Program-made: the position numbers and the translations under genes
The notes under the pieces: generated by a model
Databases searched by the model: none
The model's input: only the letters and a program-made list of their open reading frames with translations
Told to the model about the DNA's origin: nothing
Shown here: positions 20,369 to 30,480 of the stretch, in pieces
Numbering within the stretch: the first letter of the stretch is position 1
Layout: each line of letters opens with the position of its first letter
Source of the DNA: Chitinophagales bacterium
Lineage (GTDB): Bacteria; Bacteroidota; Bacteroidia; Chitinophagales; UBA10324
Assembly: GCA_039810885.1 (NCBI GenBank)
Contig: JBDHXV010000001.1
Location: 13,527 to 77,526, forward strand
Length of the DNA: 64,000 bases
Direction: 5' to 3'

Positions 20369-21328
20369 ATGAGTACAACATCAAGTAAAAAACCTGTAAT
20401 TGTCGGCGTTTTTATCGCTTTGGGGTTAAGCTTTCTCGTAGCCGGTATTTTAAGTGTAGGCAATCTGCACAGTGCATTCGGCAGAAAAATTAACTTGACT
20501 GTAACTTTTGAAGATGTGAGTGGATTAAAAACCGGAAACAATATTTGGTACTCCGGTGTTAAAATAGGGCGTGTAGAGTCCATGAATTTTATCGGAGAAT
20601 CTATGGTACAGGTAGAGCTTCAGATAGACAAGAAATCTCAACCATTTATTAAGAAAGATGCAAAAGCGAAGATTGGTTCCGATGGCCTAATCGGTAATCG
20701 TATTATCGTGGTCTTTGGCGGTAGCGCCGATTCTCCAAGCGTTAATGACGGTGATTCACTTGCAGTAGAAAATGGGATCTCAACGGATGAGATGATGAAC
20801 ACCTTACAAGAAAATAATGTAAACCTGATCAGCATCACCGGTGATCTGAAAAAGATAACTGCTCAACTCAGTAAAAGTGAAGGCACTCTGGGCAAACTCA
20901 TCTATGAAGATGATATTTATAATAATATCATGGCTACAATTACGTCTCTGCGAAAAACATCCGATCACGCACAGAGTATTACTGCGTCGCTCTCTGCATT
21001 CAGCAACAAACTAAATCAGAAAGACGGCTTGGTCAATAAACTGATAACAGACACAACCATCTTTAACAATATTTCCAAATCTGTTATTGAATTACAGCAA
21101 GTTTCTACCAATGCCAATGCATTCACGAAATCATTAAAAGAATCTGCAGATAACCCTAACACTCCCTTAGGGGCTTTGATGAAAGATGAACAATCTGCGT
21201 CTCATTTTAAGTCCATCCTAAAGAATCTGGAAACTTCTACACTAAAGTTGAATGAAGACCTCGAAGCACTTCAACATAACTTTTTGTTGAAGCGTTATTT
21301 TAAGAAAAAGCAGAAAGGAAAGCTCTGA
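20369..21328 (+). CDS. mlaD: MCE/MlaD family protein with helical extension
   Basis: N-terminal TM helix, SGLKTG..WYSGVKIGRV and GLIGN motifs, then a helical region. Confidence 0.85.
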   Translation: MSTTSSKKPVIVGVFIALGLSFLVAGILSVGNLHSAFGRKINLTVTFEDVSGLKTGNNIWYSGVKIGRVESMNFIGESMVQVELQIDKKSQPFIKKDAKAKIGSDGLIGNRIIVVFGGSADSPSVNDGDSLAVENGISTDEMMNTLQENNVNLISITGDLKKITAQLSKSEGTLGKLIYEDDIYNNIMATITSLRKTSDHAQSITASLSAFSNKLNQKDGLVNKLITDTTIFNNISKSVIELQQVSTNANAFTKSLKESADNPNTPLGALMKDEQSASHFKSILKNLETSTLKLNEDLEALQHNFLLKRYFKKKQKGKL

Positions 21329-24010
21329 TTAATCTTTAAGTATAATCAGCTTTTCTGTAAATGTGATTCCATACTTATCTCGAAATAGGAGAAAATACAT
21401 TCCTGAATCTAAGCTCGAGCAATCTGTTTTACTCACCGTTTCATTGATATACTTTTGTAAGACTACCCTACCCCTTACATCAGTAACCGAGAGGAACATG
21501 TTTTCAACTCCTTTAATAATAAAGTTATCTTGCGCTGGAACCGGATAGACTAACACATTATCTTTCTCAGTAGGACGAATACCCACATTCGTGATATGGA
21601 TTATGTTCGACATGGCTGTACAACCATCGCTGTCGGTAACCACAACACTGTAGTTACCATTCGAAGTTGGTATATAATTCAAATGTGTAGCGTCGTAAAT
21701 GGGCTGCATGTCAGTGGTGAAAATTCCGTAGTACCAATGTAAGCTATCATTAGTCGTTGCATTTAGTTCGCCATTAGAATAGGTAATAACCGGCAACTCA
21801 GGTGAGACGGTTATGGTGATTCCTTGAGAATACTTCTTCAGATTACCGCCAAGGCTAACCACTATGCGATACGTGCCCGACTGCGTCACTTCATAATACG
21901 GTTGATCTCCATCCGGCAAGTCTAAGCCATTGCACTGCCATTGATAATAGTAGCACGGGTTTATTGTATCGGCAGATAATCTTACTTTTTCACCTAAACA
22001 GAAATGAGTAGCCCCTTCTGCTGAAATCGTTGTGCCTATTGGGGTTGACCCTTTTACAAAAACGGCATAACTGCGTGCCGGAATGTTGATATAGAGTTCT
22101 TGATTATTGGTAATCACAGAGTAGCCTAAAACAACATTACCGGTAAGATCAAACAAAGTGTCTCCTACATTAAATTGATACCCTTGCCACATATTCAGTT
22201 TTTGATAAACCTTCATAGGTTGCCCCGAGAAATTAATGGCAACAACAGCACCATCATTATTGCTGCAAGGTGCATCGGCAGTGCCTCCTAACTGATAGAT
22301 TAAGGCATTAGACGACGCCCCACTTACGAAGTTTGCACTATAGGGCGTGTTGAAACGATTCAGATATTCACGGTAGGCCGCATTTTTCAAATAGCGATTG
22401 TATGCACTGATAAGCTTATTTATCTTTAAAGTATAGCCACTGTATTTGTTTGTTAAATAATCTTCATAATAAACACAAGGTGTTCCAACCGTGGGATTAG
22501 TCAATAGATATGCATAAGCAAGAATAGGGTCGTTGTCAACGTGGTTATACTCATCTCGAAAATCATGATTGTTTACGAATGTTACCGCATTTAGCCTGTT
22601 CATGTTTTGATTATCTACCATCCCCGAATTAAACACATTACGTGCATCGTAGCCAAAAGCATCGCAAGCATCTCGAAGTGCAGCCTGAAGGTTAAAATCA
22701 AACAAGCGATACACTATGGAATCTTTTGTGCTGTTATTCATATAACTATATACTTCATCAACGCGATTTTTTAATATGGCTGCATCATAATCGTAAGCTT
22801 CACCAACAATCATCTTTGGATTAATCCCCAGGTTATGCAGATAATTGAACATATCCCCCAGAAAAGAAGATGGCATGTGTTTTACTGCATCTATTCGCAA
22901 TCCGCTCATCCGTATAGAATCACAAAGCCATTTAGTCCATGTACGTAATGTATCTCTAGATGGAATATAAGTTTGATCCACATCATAGAAGAACCACATC
23001 CAGTCCGTATCGCCGCAAAGGCAGGTTGGCGAGCCGTTGGGTTTAAAATTCAAATAGTTAAACTGTCCACGACCCGATGGAACATTCTGAAACGAGGTAT
23101 AAGTTTGATAAATCATCTGTGAATGTATATCCGAATTTGTAGCGCTATACCAAATGCCATAGATATACTGATCGGCAAAGCCTCCTGTATTCATCAGCGT
23201 AATAAAAATGGTATCCGTATTAAACAAATCACTTGCATTTAATGTAACCTGAAACTCGTCAACAGCGCATCCGCCTGCGTCTATGCTGGCATTCATTCGT
23301 GTCCCAAGCAGGACGATATTATTTCCCTGCCCACAATCTCCTCCTCCATTAGGTTCTGATTCATTTATCACTGTAGAAGTAAGTATTTTTCTTTTTGTCC
23401 ATATTGCAAATTGATAACCCTTGTTGTAATAATCCGGATGTCCGGATGCGGATTTTATTTTAAAATAATATGTTCCGGCTCCAAGACCCGTACCCTCTCC
23501 TATCGGAATTATATTTCTAAACCGATCCGATGGATAACAGTTATCGCCATTCACATGTTTTTGATACGTATAATTTTCAATCCAACCCTTAACGGCAGGG
23601 TTAGCTTCTGCACTTCCCCCCGATCGGTGATTATAGACCACATCTGCAATAGCATACATACCATGGTTCTGAATAGAATCCATCAATTGGTTCACCTTTG
23701 TTCCTGTGCCAAATCCTGTTTTCCGATTACTGGTTCCTAAACTATAATAGTCATATATATCATAGCCGTTGCTGCTTCCGCCACCCTGGCTCAAACTCAA
23801 GGGGGGCAACCATAAATATTTAAAGCCACGATCGGCTAAATATTTTGATTTATTAATCAGAGTATCAACGAAGGATTTGCCCTGTGCCGTTTTTGGATAT
23901 TCCCACCACCAGGCCTGTAACATCACACTTTGCGCATTAACTTTTAAAATATTAAAAAAAAGAAATGCTACAACTACAATCTTACATGCTGAAGTATTTA
24001 GTTTGTTCAT
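21329..24010 (-). CDS. Secreted GH13 alpha-amylase-like enzyme with Ig-like domains and T9SS type A CTD
   Basis: Signal peptide; WLPP, DVVYNH, GLRIDAVKH, VGEAYD and FVNNHD motifs; CTD VYPVPA...SGMYFL...EKLII. Confidence 0.88.
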   Translation of the reverse strand: MNKLNTSACKIVVVAFLFFNILKVNAQSVMLQAWWWEYPKTAQGKSFVDTLINKSKYLADRGFKYLWLPPLSLSQGGGSSNGYDIYDYYSLGTSNRKTGFGTGTKVNQLMDSIQNHGMYAIADVVYNHRSGGSAEANPAVKGWIENYTYQKHVNGDNCYPSDRFRNIIPIGEGTGLGAGTYYFKIKSASGHPDYYNKGYQFAIWTKRKILTSTVINESEPNGGGDCGQGNNIVLLGTRMNASIDAGGCAVDEFQVTLNASDLFNTDTIFITLMNTGGFADQYIYGIWYSATNSDIHSQMIYQTYTSFQNVPSGRGQFNYLNFKPNGSPTCLCGDTDWMWFFYDVDQTYIPSRDTLRTWTKWLCDSIRMSGLRIDAVKHMPSSFLGDMFNYLHNLGINPKMIVGEAYDYDAAILKNRVDEVYSYMNNSTKDSIVYRLFDFNLQAALRDACDAFGYDARNVFNSGMVDNQNMNRLNAVTFVNNHDFRDEYNHVDNDPILAYAYLLTNPTVGTPCVYYEDYLTNKYSGYTLKINKLISAYNRYLKNAAYREYLNRFNTPYSANFVSGASSNALIYQLGGTADAPCSNNDGAVVAINFSGQPMKVYQKLNMWQGYQFNVGDTLFDLTGNVVLGYSVITNNQELYINIPARSYAVFVKGSTPIGTTISAEGATHFCLGEKVRLSADTINPCYYYQWQCNGLDLPDGDQPYYEVTQSGTYRIVVSLGGNLKKYSQGITITVSPELPVITYSNGELNATTNDSLHWYYGIFTTDMQPIYDATHLNYIPTSNGNYSVVVTDSDGCTAMSNIIHITNVGIRPTEKDNVLVYPVPAQDNFIIKGVENMFLSVTDVRGRVVLQKYINETVSKTDCSSLDSGMYFLLFRDKYGITFTEKLIILKD

Positions 24011-24018
24011 TATATTAA

Positions 24019-24048
24019 AAATAAGCTGCTAGGTCGAATGTCCTAGCA
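24019..24048 (-). terminator. Possible weak terminator or stabilising hairpin after gcvP
   Basis: TGCTAGG/CCTAGCA stem followed on the minus strand by GCTTATTTTT. Confidence 0.35.
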
Positions 24049-24065
24049 TCAGAGGTAAAAGGCAA

Positions 24066-26945
24066 TTACTGAACACTCACTCGTTCTTCGTCATATATCT
24101 CCATTGGTGGACAAGTACAGATAAGGTTACGGTCGCCCAGTGTGTTGTTAATACGTGAAACAGAAGGCCAGAATTTATGTTGCCTTAGATAGGCAGCCGG
24201 ATATGCCGCCTTGGTTCTCGAATAAGGTAATTTCCAATCGTCTGATGCAATGGTGTGCATAGTATGTGGTGCATTTTTCAATACATTATTCTGTGGATCA
24301 GCAACACCATCTACAACTTCTTGAATTTCAGTGCGAATAGAACGCAAGGCCAGTATAAATCGGTCGAGTTCCTCCTTTGGTTCACTCTCTGTTGGTTCAA
24401 TCATTAAAGTGCCTGCCACCGGAAAAGAGACCGTTGGTGCATGAAAGCCATAGTCCATTAATCGTTTAGCAATATCTTCCACCTCAATGCCATACTTCTT
24501 AAATTCACGCATATCTATGATGAACTCGTGAGCGCAGTAACCCTTTTCTCCTTTATATAAAATCGTATAATCACTTTCCAATGATGCACGCAAGTAATTT
24601 GCATTTAAGATTGCATACGCTGTGGCATCTTTACAACCTTGGGCACCAAGCATTTTGATATATCCATAAGAAATTAACAAAATACTTGCTGAGCCCCAAG
24701 CCGCTGAAGAAACAGCATGGATTGACTTAGTAGTGCCCAGTTCAGTAATGCTGTGACCCGGTAGGTATGGAGTTAAATGTTTTGCAACACAAATAGGTCC
24801 AACTCCGGGGCCGCCGCCACCGTGAGGTATGCTAAATGTTTTATGCAGGTTAATATGATTTACATCGGCTCCGATTTCAGCCGGGCTGGTTAAGCCTACC
24901 TGAGCGTTCATATTAGCACCATCCATATATACTTGTCCTCCATTTTCGTGAATAATGCGACAAATCTCTTTAATAGATGTTTCAAATACACCATGTGTTG
25001 AAGGGTAAGTAACCATTAGGACTGCTAAACTCGCTCTATGCTGTTCTGCCTTTTGTTTTAAATCCGTTACATCAATATTCCCATGTTCGTCGCATTTAAC
25101 TACAACCACCTGAAAACCGGCCAATACAGCACTTGCCGGGTTCGTGCCGTGTGCTGAAGAAGGGATCAAGCAGATATCTCTGTGTGTTTCTTTTCGGTCT
25201 TCAAAATATTTGCGAATAACTAATAAGCCCGCATACTCTCCCTGAGCACCACTATTAGGCTGTAACGAACAAGAATCAAAGCCTGTGATTTTACAGAGGT
25301 AGCTTTCTAACTCTGATATAATTTGTTGGTAGCCCTGCCATTGCTCCCTAGGGGCAAACGGATGTATTTGAGAAAACTCAGGTAAACTAACCGGCATCAT
25401 CTCCGAGGCGCTATTCAGTTTCATCGTGCACGAGCCCAAAGGAATCATTGACGTGTTCAAGGCAAGATCTTTATTTTCCAACTGCTTCAAATAGCGCATC
25501 ATTTCTGTTTCGGTATGATGTCGGTTAAATGTTGGATGCTGTAAATAAGCGGACTTTCGTTGCAAGGATGCTGGAAAGTTGTATTGCACCTTTGTGTTAA
25601 TGTGCAGGGGTTCTTTCCCGAGTGAATGAGCAAAAATAGACACGAGTTGTTGTACATCCAACCACGATGTAGTTTCATCTACTGAAATACATATCGAATC
25701 CTTATCCCGGAAATAAAGATTGATTTTATTTTTTTCTAAAGAATCTTGTAGAGTGCCGATCTGTGTGGACGACATTGTCGTAGCATCGATACATAGCGTA
25801 TCAAAGTGTTGAGCGCTCTTAATAGAGTATCCAAGTGTTGTTAACGATTCGTAAAGTGCTTTTGCCTTAGCGTTAACTGATTCTGCAATTTCACGAATGC
25901 CGTCTGGTCCATGATACACAGCATACATTGCTGCAATATTTGCTAATAAGGCTTGAGCTGTGCAAATGTTTGAAGTAGCCTTCTCACGCCTTATATGCTG
26001 CTCGCGTGTTTGCAACGCCATACGATAAGCTTGCTTACCCTCTGCATCAACAGATACACCTATGATACGACCGGGCATCAAACGCTTGTATTCATCACGC
26101 ACAGCGAAGAAAGCAGCATGAGGTCCTCCAAATCCTAATGGCACGCCAAAACGTTGAGCCGAACCCAATGCGATGTCTGCCCCCATCTCTCCCGGAGTTT
26201 TCAATAAAGCCAATGCCAGCAAGTCCGTTGCCAATACAATCTTAATTTCTTTTTCATGTGCATTCTTTACCCACGAAGTATAATCGGTAATGTACCCCTC
26301 GGCATTCGGACATTGTAGCAATGCACCGAAAAATTCTTCAGTTAGTGTAAAGTTGTTTTCATCATCAATTATCAAATCTATGTGCAATGGAGAAGCGCGT
26401 GTTTTAAGCACATCTATTGTTTGAGTAAAAACATACTTTGACACAAAAAACTTTTTACGTTTTCCGCCTTGTGCATGAAACAATAAATTCATCGCTTCTG
26501 CTGCCGCCGTTCCTTCATCAAGCAAAGAGGCATTAGACACTTCTAACCCTGTCAAGTCGATAACCATTGTCTGAAAATTGAGTAGTGACTCTAAGCGACC
26601 TTGGGCAATCTCTGCCTGATAGGGAGTGTACTGCGTGTACCATCCGGGATTCTCAAATAAGTTACGTTGAATAACCGGAGGAGTTATCGTATTATAATAT
26701 CCCTGACCTATATATGATTTATAAAGTTTATTTTTTGCTGCTATGGATCTTATCAAATTCAAGTATTCATATTCTGTTAAAGCTATGGGCAAATCAAGTT
26801 CGCGATTTAACCGAATATCGCCTGGCACGATATTGTCAATTAAGTCATTTAAAGATGAAACACCAATCCGTTGTAACATCTTTTGAGTATCTTGATGATT
26901 AGGTCCAATGTGCCTATGTCTGAAGTCTTTAGTTAAATCATTCAT
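24066..26945 (-). CDS. gcvP: Glycine dehydrogenase (glycine cleavage P protein), single chain
   Basis: RHIGP, YTPYQAEIAQGRLE, TSNICTAQAL and PLP-lysine HINLHKTF motifs. Confidence 0.97.
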   Translation of the reverse strand: MNDLTKDFRHRHIGPNHQDTQKMLQRIGVSSLNDLIDNIVPGDIRLNRELDLPIALTEYEYLNLIRSIAAKNKLYKSYIGQGYYNTITPPVIQRNLFENPGWYTQYTPYQAEIAQGRLESLLNFQTMVIDLTGLEVSNASLLDEGTAAAEAMNLLFHAQGGKRKKFFVSKYVFTQTIDVLKTRASPLHIDLIIDDENNFTLTEEFFGALLQCPNAEGYITDYTSWVKNAHEKEIKIVLATDLLALALLKTPGEMGADIALGSAQRFGVPLGFGGPHAAFFAVRDEYKRLMPGRIIGVSVDAEGKQAYRMALQTREQHIRREKATSNICTAQALLANIAAMYAVYHGPDGIREIAESVNAKAKALYESLTTLGYSIKSAQHFDTLCIDATTMSSTQIGTLQDSLEKNKINLYFRDKDSICISVDETTSWLDVQQLVSIFAHSLGKEPLHINTKVQYNFPASLQRKSAYLQHPTFNRHHTETEMMRYLKQLENKDLALNTSMIPLGSCTMKLNSASEMMPVSLPEFSQIHPFAPREQWQGYQQIISELESYLCKITGFDSCSLQPNSGAQGEYAGLLVIRKYFEDRKETHRDICLIPSSAHGTNPASAVLAGFQVVVVKCDEHGNIDVTDLKQKAEQHRASLAVLMVTYPSTHGVFETSIKEICRIIHENGGQVYMDGANMNAQVGLTSPAEIGADVNHINLHKTFSIPHGGGGPGVGPICVAKHLTPYLPGHSITELGTTKSIHAVSSAAWGSASILLISYGYIKMLGAQGCKDATAYAILNANYLRASLESDYTILYKGEKGYCAHEFIIDMREFKKYGIEVEDIAKRLMDYGFHAPTVSFPVAGTLMIEPTESEPKEELDRFILALRSIRTEIQEVVDGVADPQNNVLKNAPHTMHTIASDDWKLPYSRTKAAYPAAYLRQHKFWPSVSRINNTLGDRNLICTCPPMEIYDEERVSVQ

Positions 26946-26962
26946 TGTTTAAAAAAGTGCGG

Positions 26963-26970
26963 CAAAGTTA
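26963..26970 (-). promoter_or_regulatory. -7 box (TAACTTTG) for gcvP
   Basis: Consensus match 17 nt before ATG. Confidence 0.55.
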
Positions 26971-27110
26971 ACTAATGCTCTAATTTTATTACTATGTATT
27001 CAGTTACAGAAGTCTCTCCAATTTATCCACAAATAGGGCGTAATTTAATTTTCAAATACTATTGTAGAATCAGTAGTAAAGCACTACTTTAGTGTCAAAT
27101 CCTTACTCTT

Positions 27111-27638
27111 ATGCTCCCTGATTATTATAAAATTCTAAATATAGGCAGCGACGCCAGTGATATGGAAATAAAGAAAGCTTTTCGTAGCAAAGTAAAAGTC
27201 GAGCACCCCTCCTTAAACAAGAATCCGGATGCATTAAATAAATTCACTGAGTTAAATGAAGCCTATGAAATATTAATTCATCACGATACCCGTGAGTTGT
27301 ATGAAGAGGACTTTCAATCTTGGCATAATCCCGAAGAATATCCTATATATAAATATTGGATTGAAGCGGCACATGCCAGGGCTATAGAGCATGCGAAACT
27401 GCCGTATCACGAATATCAAAAAACAGTTTTTTATAAAAGCACTAAAACGACTAGCTATAGTATTTTTATGATTGGTCTCATATTCGGTTTATTAACCGCC
27501 ATAGCACCCTACATTCTTATTGTGCTATTTGATTATAAATTCTTCGGTGTGGCATCAATCTTCATAGCGCTACCTGTTGGAACGTTTATGTTAGTTCAGG
27601 CTCTGGCCGGATTTCAATCTCTTAAGAAGTTTCATTAG
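27111..27638 (+). CDS. J-domain-like protein with two C-terminal TM helices (HPD changed to HPS)
   Basis: DYYKILNI, EIKKAFR, HPSLNK and LNEAYEIL motifs; hydrophobic C-terminus. Confidence 0.8.
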   Translation: MLPDYYKILNIGSDASDMEIKKAFRSKVKVEHPSLNKNPDALNKFTELNEAYEILIHHDTRELYEEDFQSWHNPEEYPIYKYWIEAAHARAIEHAKLPYHEYQKTVFYKSTKTTSYSIFMIGLIFGLLTAIAPYILIVLFDYKFFGVASIFIALPVGTFMLVQALAGFQSLKKFH

Positions 27639-27829
27639 AATACACATTTAGAATTCCTAATCCGGTTATTGAATTTTTCTATTGCCGTTTCGTGATACAT
27701 TAATTTTATTCTGACCTTTAAATGTTAAAGGGTAGGGCATTTTTATTATTAGATCGCTAATCAGATAGAACAATTCCACATTACGTACGCATTTTTTTAT
27801 CTACTTTGCCCTCCATTATTGCACAGTTT

Positions 27830-29458
27830 ATGAATTTACAATTTAATAAAAACGAGGATACCAATAAGTTACTCTACTCTAAAGTGGAAGAACAATTATC
27901 AAAAATTCATTTAGGCGGGGGGAAAAAGAATATTGATAAGCAACATGAAAAAGGTAAAATGACTGCACGTGAGCGTATCTGTTATTTACTGGATGATGGA
28001 GCACCTCAATTCGAGATAGGTGCTTTTGCTGGTTTTGAAATGTATGCAGAAGAAGGCGGATGCCCTGCTGGAGGCGTAGTGGCTATGATCGGATATGTAA
28101 GCGAGAAACTATGTATCGTTGCAGCTAATGATGCTACCGTTAAGGCAGGTGCATGGTTTCCGATAACGGGTAAAAAGAATTTACGATTACAGGAAATTGC
28201 AATGGAAAATCGCTTGCCTATTATTTATTTGGTCGATAGCGCGGGGGTTTATCTTCCAATGCAGGATGAAATTTTTCCTGATAAGGAGCACTTTGGTCGC
28301 ATTTTTAGAAATAATGCTCGTATGAGCTCTGAAGGGATTATTCAAATTGCAGCAATTATGGGTAGCTGCGTGGCCGGAGGGGCCTATTTACCTATAATGA
28401 GCGATGAAGCAATGATCGTGGACAAAACGGGTTCCATTTTCTTGGCGGGCCCATATTTAGTAAAAGCCGCCATCGGTGAAGATATTGACCAGGAAACTCT
28501 GGGTGGTGCCACAACTCACTGTGAAATATCCGGTGTTACGGATTATAAAATGCCAAATGATAAAGCTTGTCTTGACAGAATCAAAAGCATTATAGAGAAA
28601 ATAGGGGAATATGATAAGGCAGGCTTCAACCGGATTAAAGCAAGTCAACCTATAAAAAAGCAAGAAGAAATATTTGGTCTGATGCCCGATGATATTGGTA
28701 AGCCCTATGATATGTATGATATCATAGAACGTCTTGTGGACGAATCCAAATTTGACGAATACAAAGCCGGTTACGGAAAAACAATCATTACCTGCTATGC
28801 ACGCATAGATGGTTGGGCGGTCGGCATTGTTGCCAATCAACGTAAGGTAGTTAAAAGTGCTAAAGGAGAAATGCAATTCGGCGGGGTGATATATAGTGAC
28901 TCTGCTGATAAAGCGACTCGTTTTATTTTGAATTGTAATCAGAAGAAAATTCCTATCGTCTTTCTTCAAGATGTTACGGGCTTTATGGTTGGTTCAAAAT
29001 CAGAACACGGAGGCATTATCAAGGATGGGGCAAAGATGGTTAATGCGGTTGCTAATTCTGTTGTGCCAAAGATTACCGTTATAGTAGGGAATAGCTTTGG
29101 TGCTGGTAACTATGCTATGTGCGGCAAAGCATACGACCCGAGAATAATTGTTGGGTGGCCTATGTCGCGCATAGCCGTTATGGGAGGCGCACAAGCTGCT
29201 AAAACATTATTACAGATACAGGTTGCTTCACTTAAAGCAAAAGGAAAAGAGATATCTAAAATCGAAGAAGAGAAAATGTTGGGAGAGATTACATCACGCT
29301 ACGAAAAACAAATGCAGCCTCAATATGCGGCATCACGTTTATGGCTTGATGCCATTATCAACCCTTTAGATACACGAAAAATAATTTCTATGACGATAGA
29401 GGCTGCAGACCATGCACCTATTACTCGCCCTTTTAATCCGGGTGTTATTCAAACATGA
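27830..29458 (+). CDS. Acyl-CoA carboxylase carboxyltransferase subunit (methylcrotonyl-CoA carboxylase beta-like)
   Basis: GKMTARERI, NDATVKAG, GSCVAGGAY and GAGNYAMCGKAY motifs. Start likely MNLQF. Confidence 0.9.
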   Translation: MNLQFNKNEDTNKLLYSKVEEQLSKIHLGGGKKNIDKQHEKGKMTARERICYLLDDGAPQFEIGAFAGFEMYAEEGGCPAGGVVAMIGYVSEKLCIVAANDATVKAGAWFPITGKKNLRLQEIAMENRLPIIYLVDSAGVYLPMQDEIFPDKEHFGRIFRNNARMSSEGIIQIAAIMGSCVAGGAYLPIMSDEAMIVDKTGSIFLAGPYLVKAAIGEDIDQETLGGATTHCEISGVTDYKMPNDKACLDRIKSIIEKIGEYDKAGFNRIKASQPIKKQEEIFGLMPDDIGKPYDMYDIIERLVDESKFDEYKAGYGKTIITCYARIDGWAVGIVANQRKVVKSAKGEMQFGGVIYSDSADKATRFILNCNQKKIPIVFLQDVTGFMVGSKSEHGGIIKDGAKMVNAVANSVVPKITVIVGNSFGAGNYAMCGKAYDPRIIVGWPMSRIAVMGGAQAAKTLLQIQVASLKAKGKEISKIEEEKMLGEITSRYEKQMQPQYAASRLWLDAIINPLDTRKIISMTIEAADHAPITRPFNPGVIQT

Positions 29459-30355
29459 TTATTTTTTCTTTATACTATCCTCTATATCTGACAGTGATAC
29501 CGGCTTAATGTGCTCCATCGGAGCTAATGTATTAAACATAACCGTGTTGGAGTAGCCGCTGGTATCTATCTTACCGGAGTAGATAATAGACTGCACCTGC
29601 ACTTCATACTCAGTGTTTGGGTTCAGATTAACTAAAAATCTTTTGTTTCCCATAGATGCAACAGTTCCTTTTACCCATTCAGATGAGCCAACTTCTCGAA
29701 AACGAACCACATACTTGAGGGCATTATTTACTCCAACCCAAGAAACGATCGCAGAGTTATCCAATATGTTTTCTACTTTAACAGAGGTAGGAATTGCAAT
29801 TGCGATATTTTTTACTTTATTATAACTAAAGACACTTATCCATTTGTAATCTGTAGCTGTTTGCTGTACATCTGTTTTTCTCGGATCAATCAGATTGGCT
29901 TTAATTTCAAATCGAGATAAATCCGCAATATCATTTTTACTAACCTTTATCGAAAAACTTTTCATATTTAACTTGCCTGGGATAGTTACAACTCGGGGTT
30001 GCATCTTCTCATCCTTAGCATCAAACATCTTTAAATCTGCTCCATCAATTACAGTCGTATTTGTAGCCAATAGTGTCAAGTTAATCGAATCACTTTGATT
30101 TGAAATAGTTACTTGTGGTATATTGGTATCGCTGCTTTTCATATCCTTTGTCAAGAGCGGATAGAGTGGTAACACATTAATAGTTGCATTATTCTCTGTG
30201 CTTGCAAATGTTTCTTCGGTATTTCCAAAGTGATTCACAAGGAAGAAGCCACTGGCAATAAAAACGCCCATCGTCGTGCCCGCAATGGCATAGTGAATTC
30301 GATTTCTTAATGTATTTCTATGTTTTAAAATGAGTCTTTGACGCCTGGTGTTCAT
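29459..30355 (-). CDS. Membrane-anchored or secreted fibronectin type III domain protein
   Basis: Basic N-terminal tail plus TM helix; FN3 pattern SAIVSW..YVVRFR..NLNPNTEYEVQV. Confidence 0.7.
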   Translation of the reverse strand: MNTRRQRLILKHRNTLRNRIHYAIAGTTMGVFIASGFFLVNHFGNTEETFASTENNATINVLPLYPLLTKDMKSSDTNIPQVTISNQSDSINLTLLATNTTVIDGADLKMFDAKDEKMQPRVVTIPGKLNMKSFSIKVSKNDIADLSRFEIKANLIDPRKTDVQQTATDYKWISVFSYNKVKNIAIAIPTSVKVENILDNSAIVSWVGVNNALKYVVRFREVGSSEWVKGTVASMGNKRFLVNLNPNTEYEVQVQSIIYSGKIDTSGYSNTVMFNTLAPMEHIKPVSLSDIEDSIKKK

Positions 30356-30480
30356 TCTCTACATTTTCGCCCTCTAACGATAATATTTTAAAGTAGTTAC
30401 AGGGAGTTAAAATCAATCGACTCCGCAATTGGGTCGTTGTGAATAGAGATTAGTAAGAGGATTTAGTTCCTTTGCAGGGT

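Noticed and set aside
26946-27110. Possible glycine riboswitch upstream of gcvP
   Set aside because: No aptamer motif is visible, and the -7 box sits 17 nt from the ATG, leaving no room.
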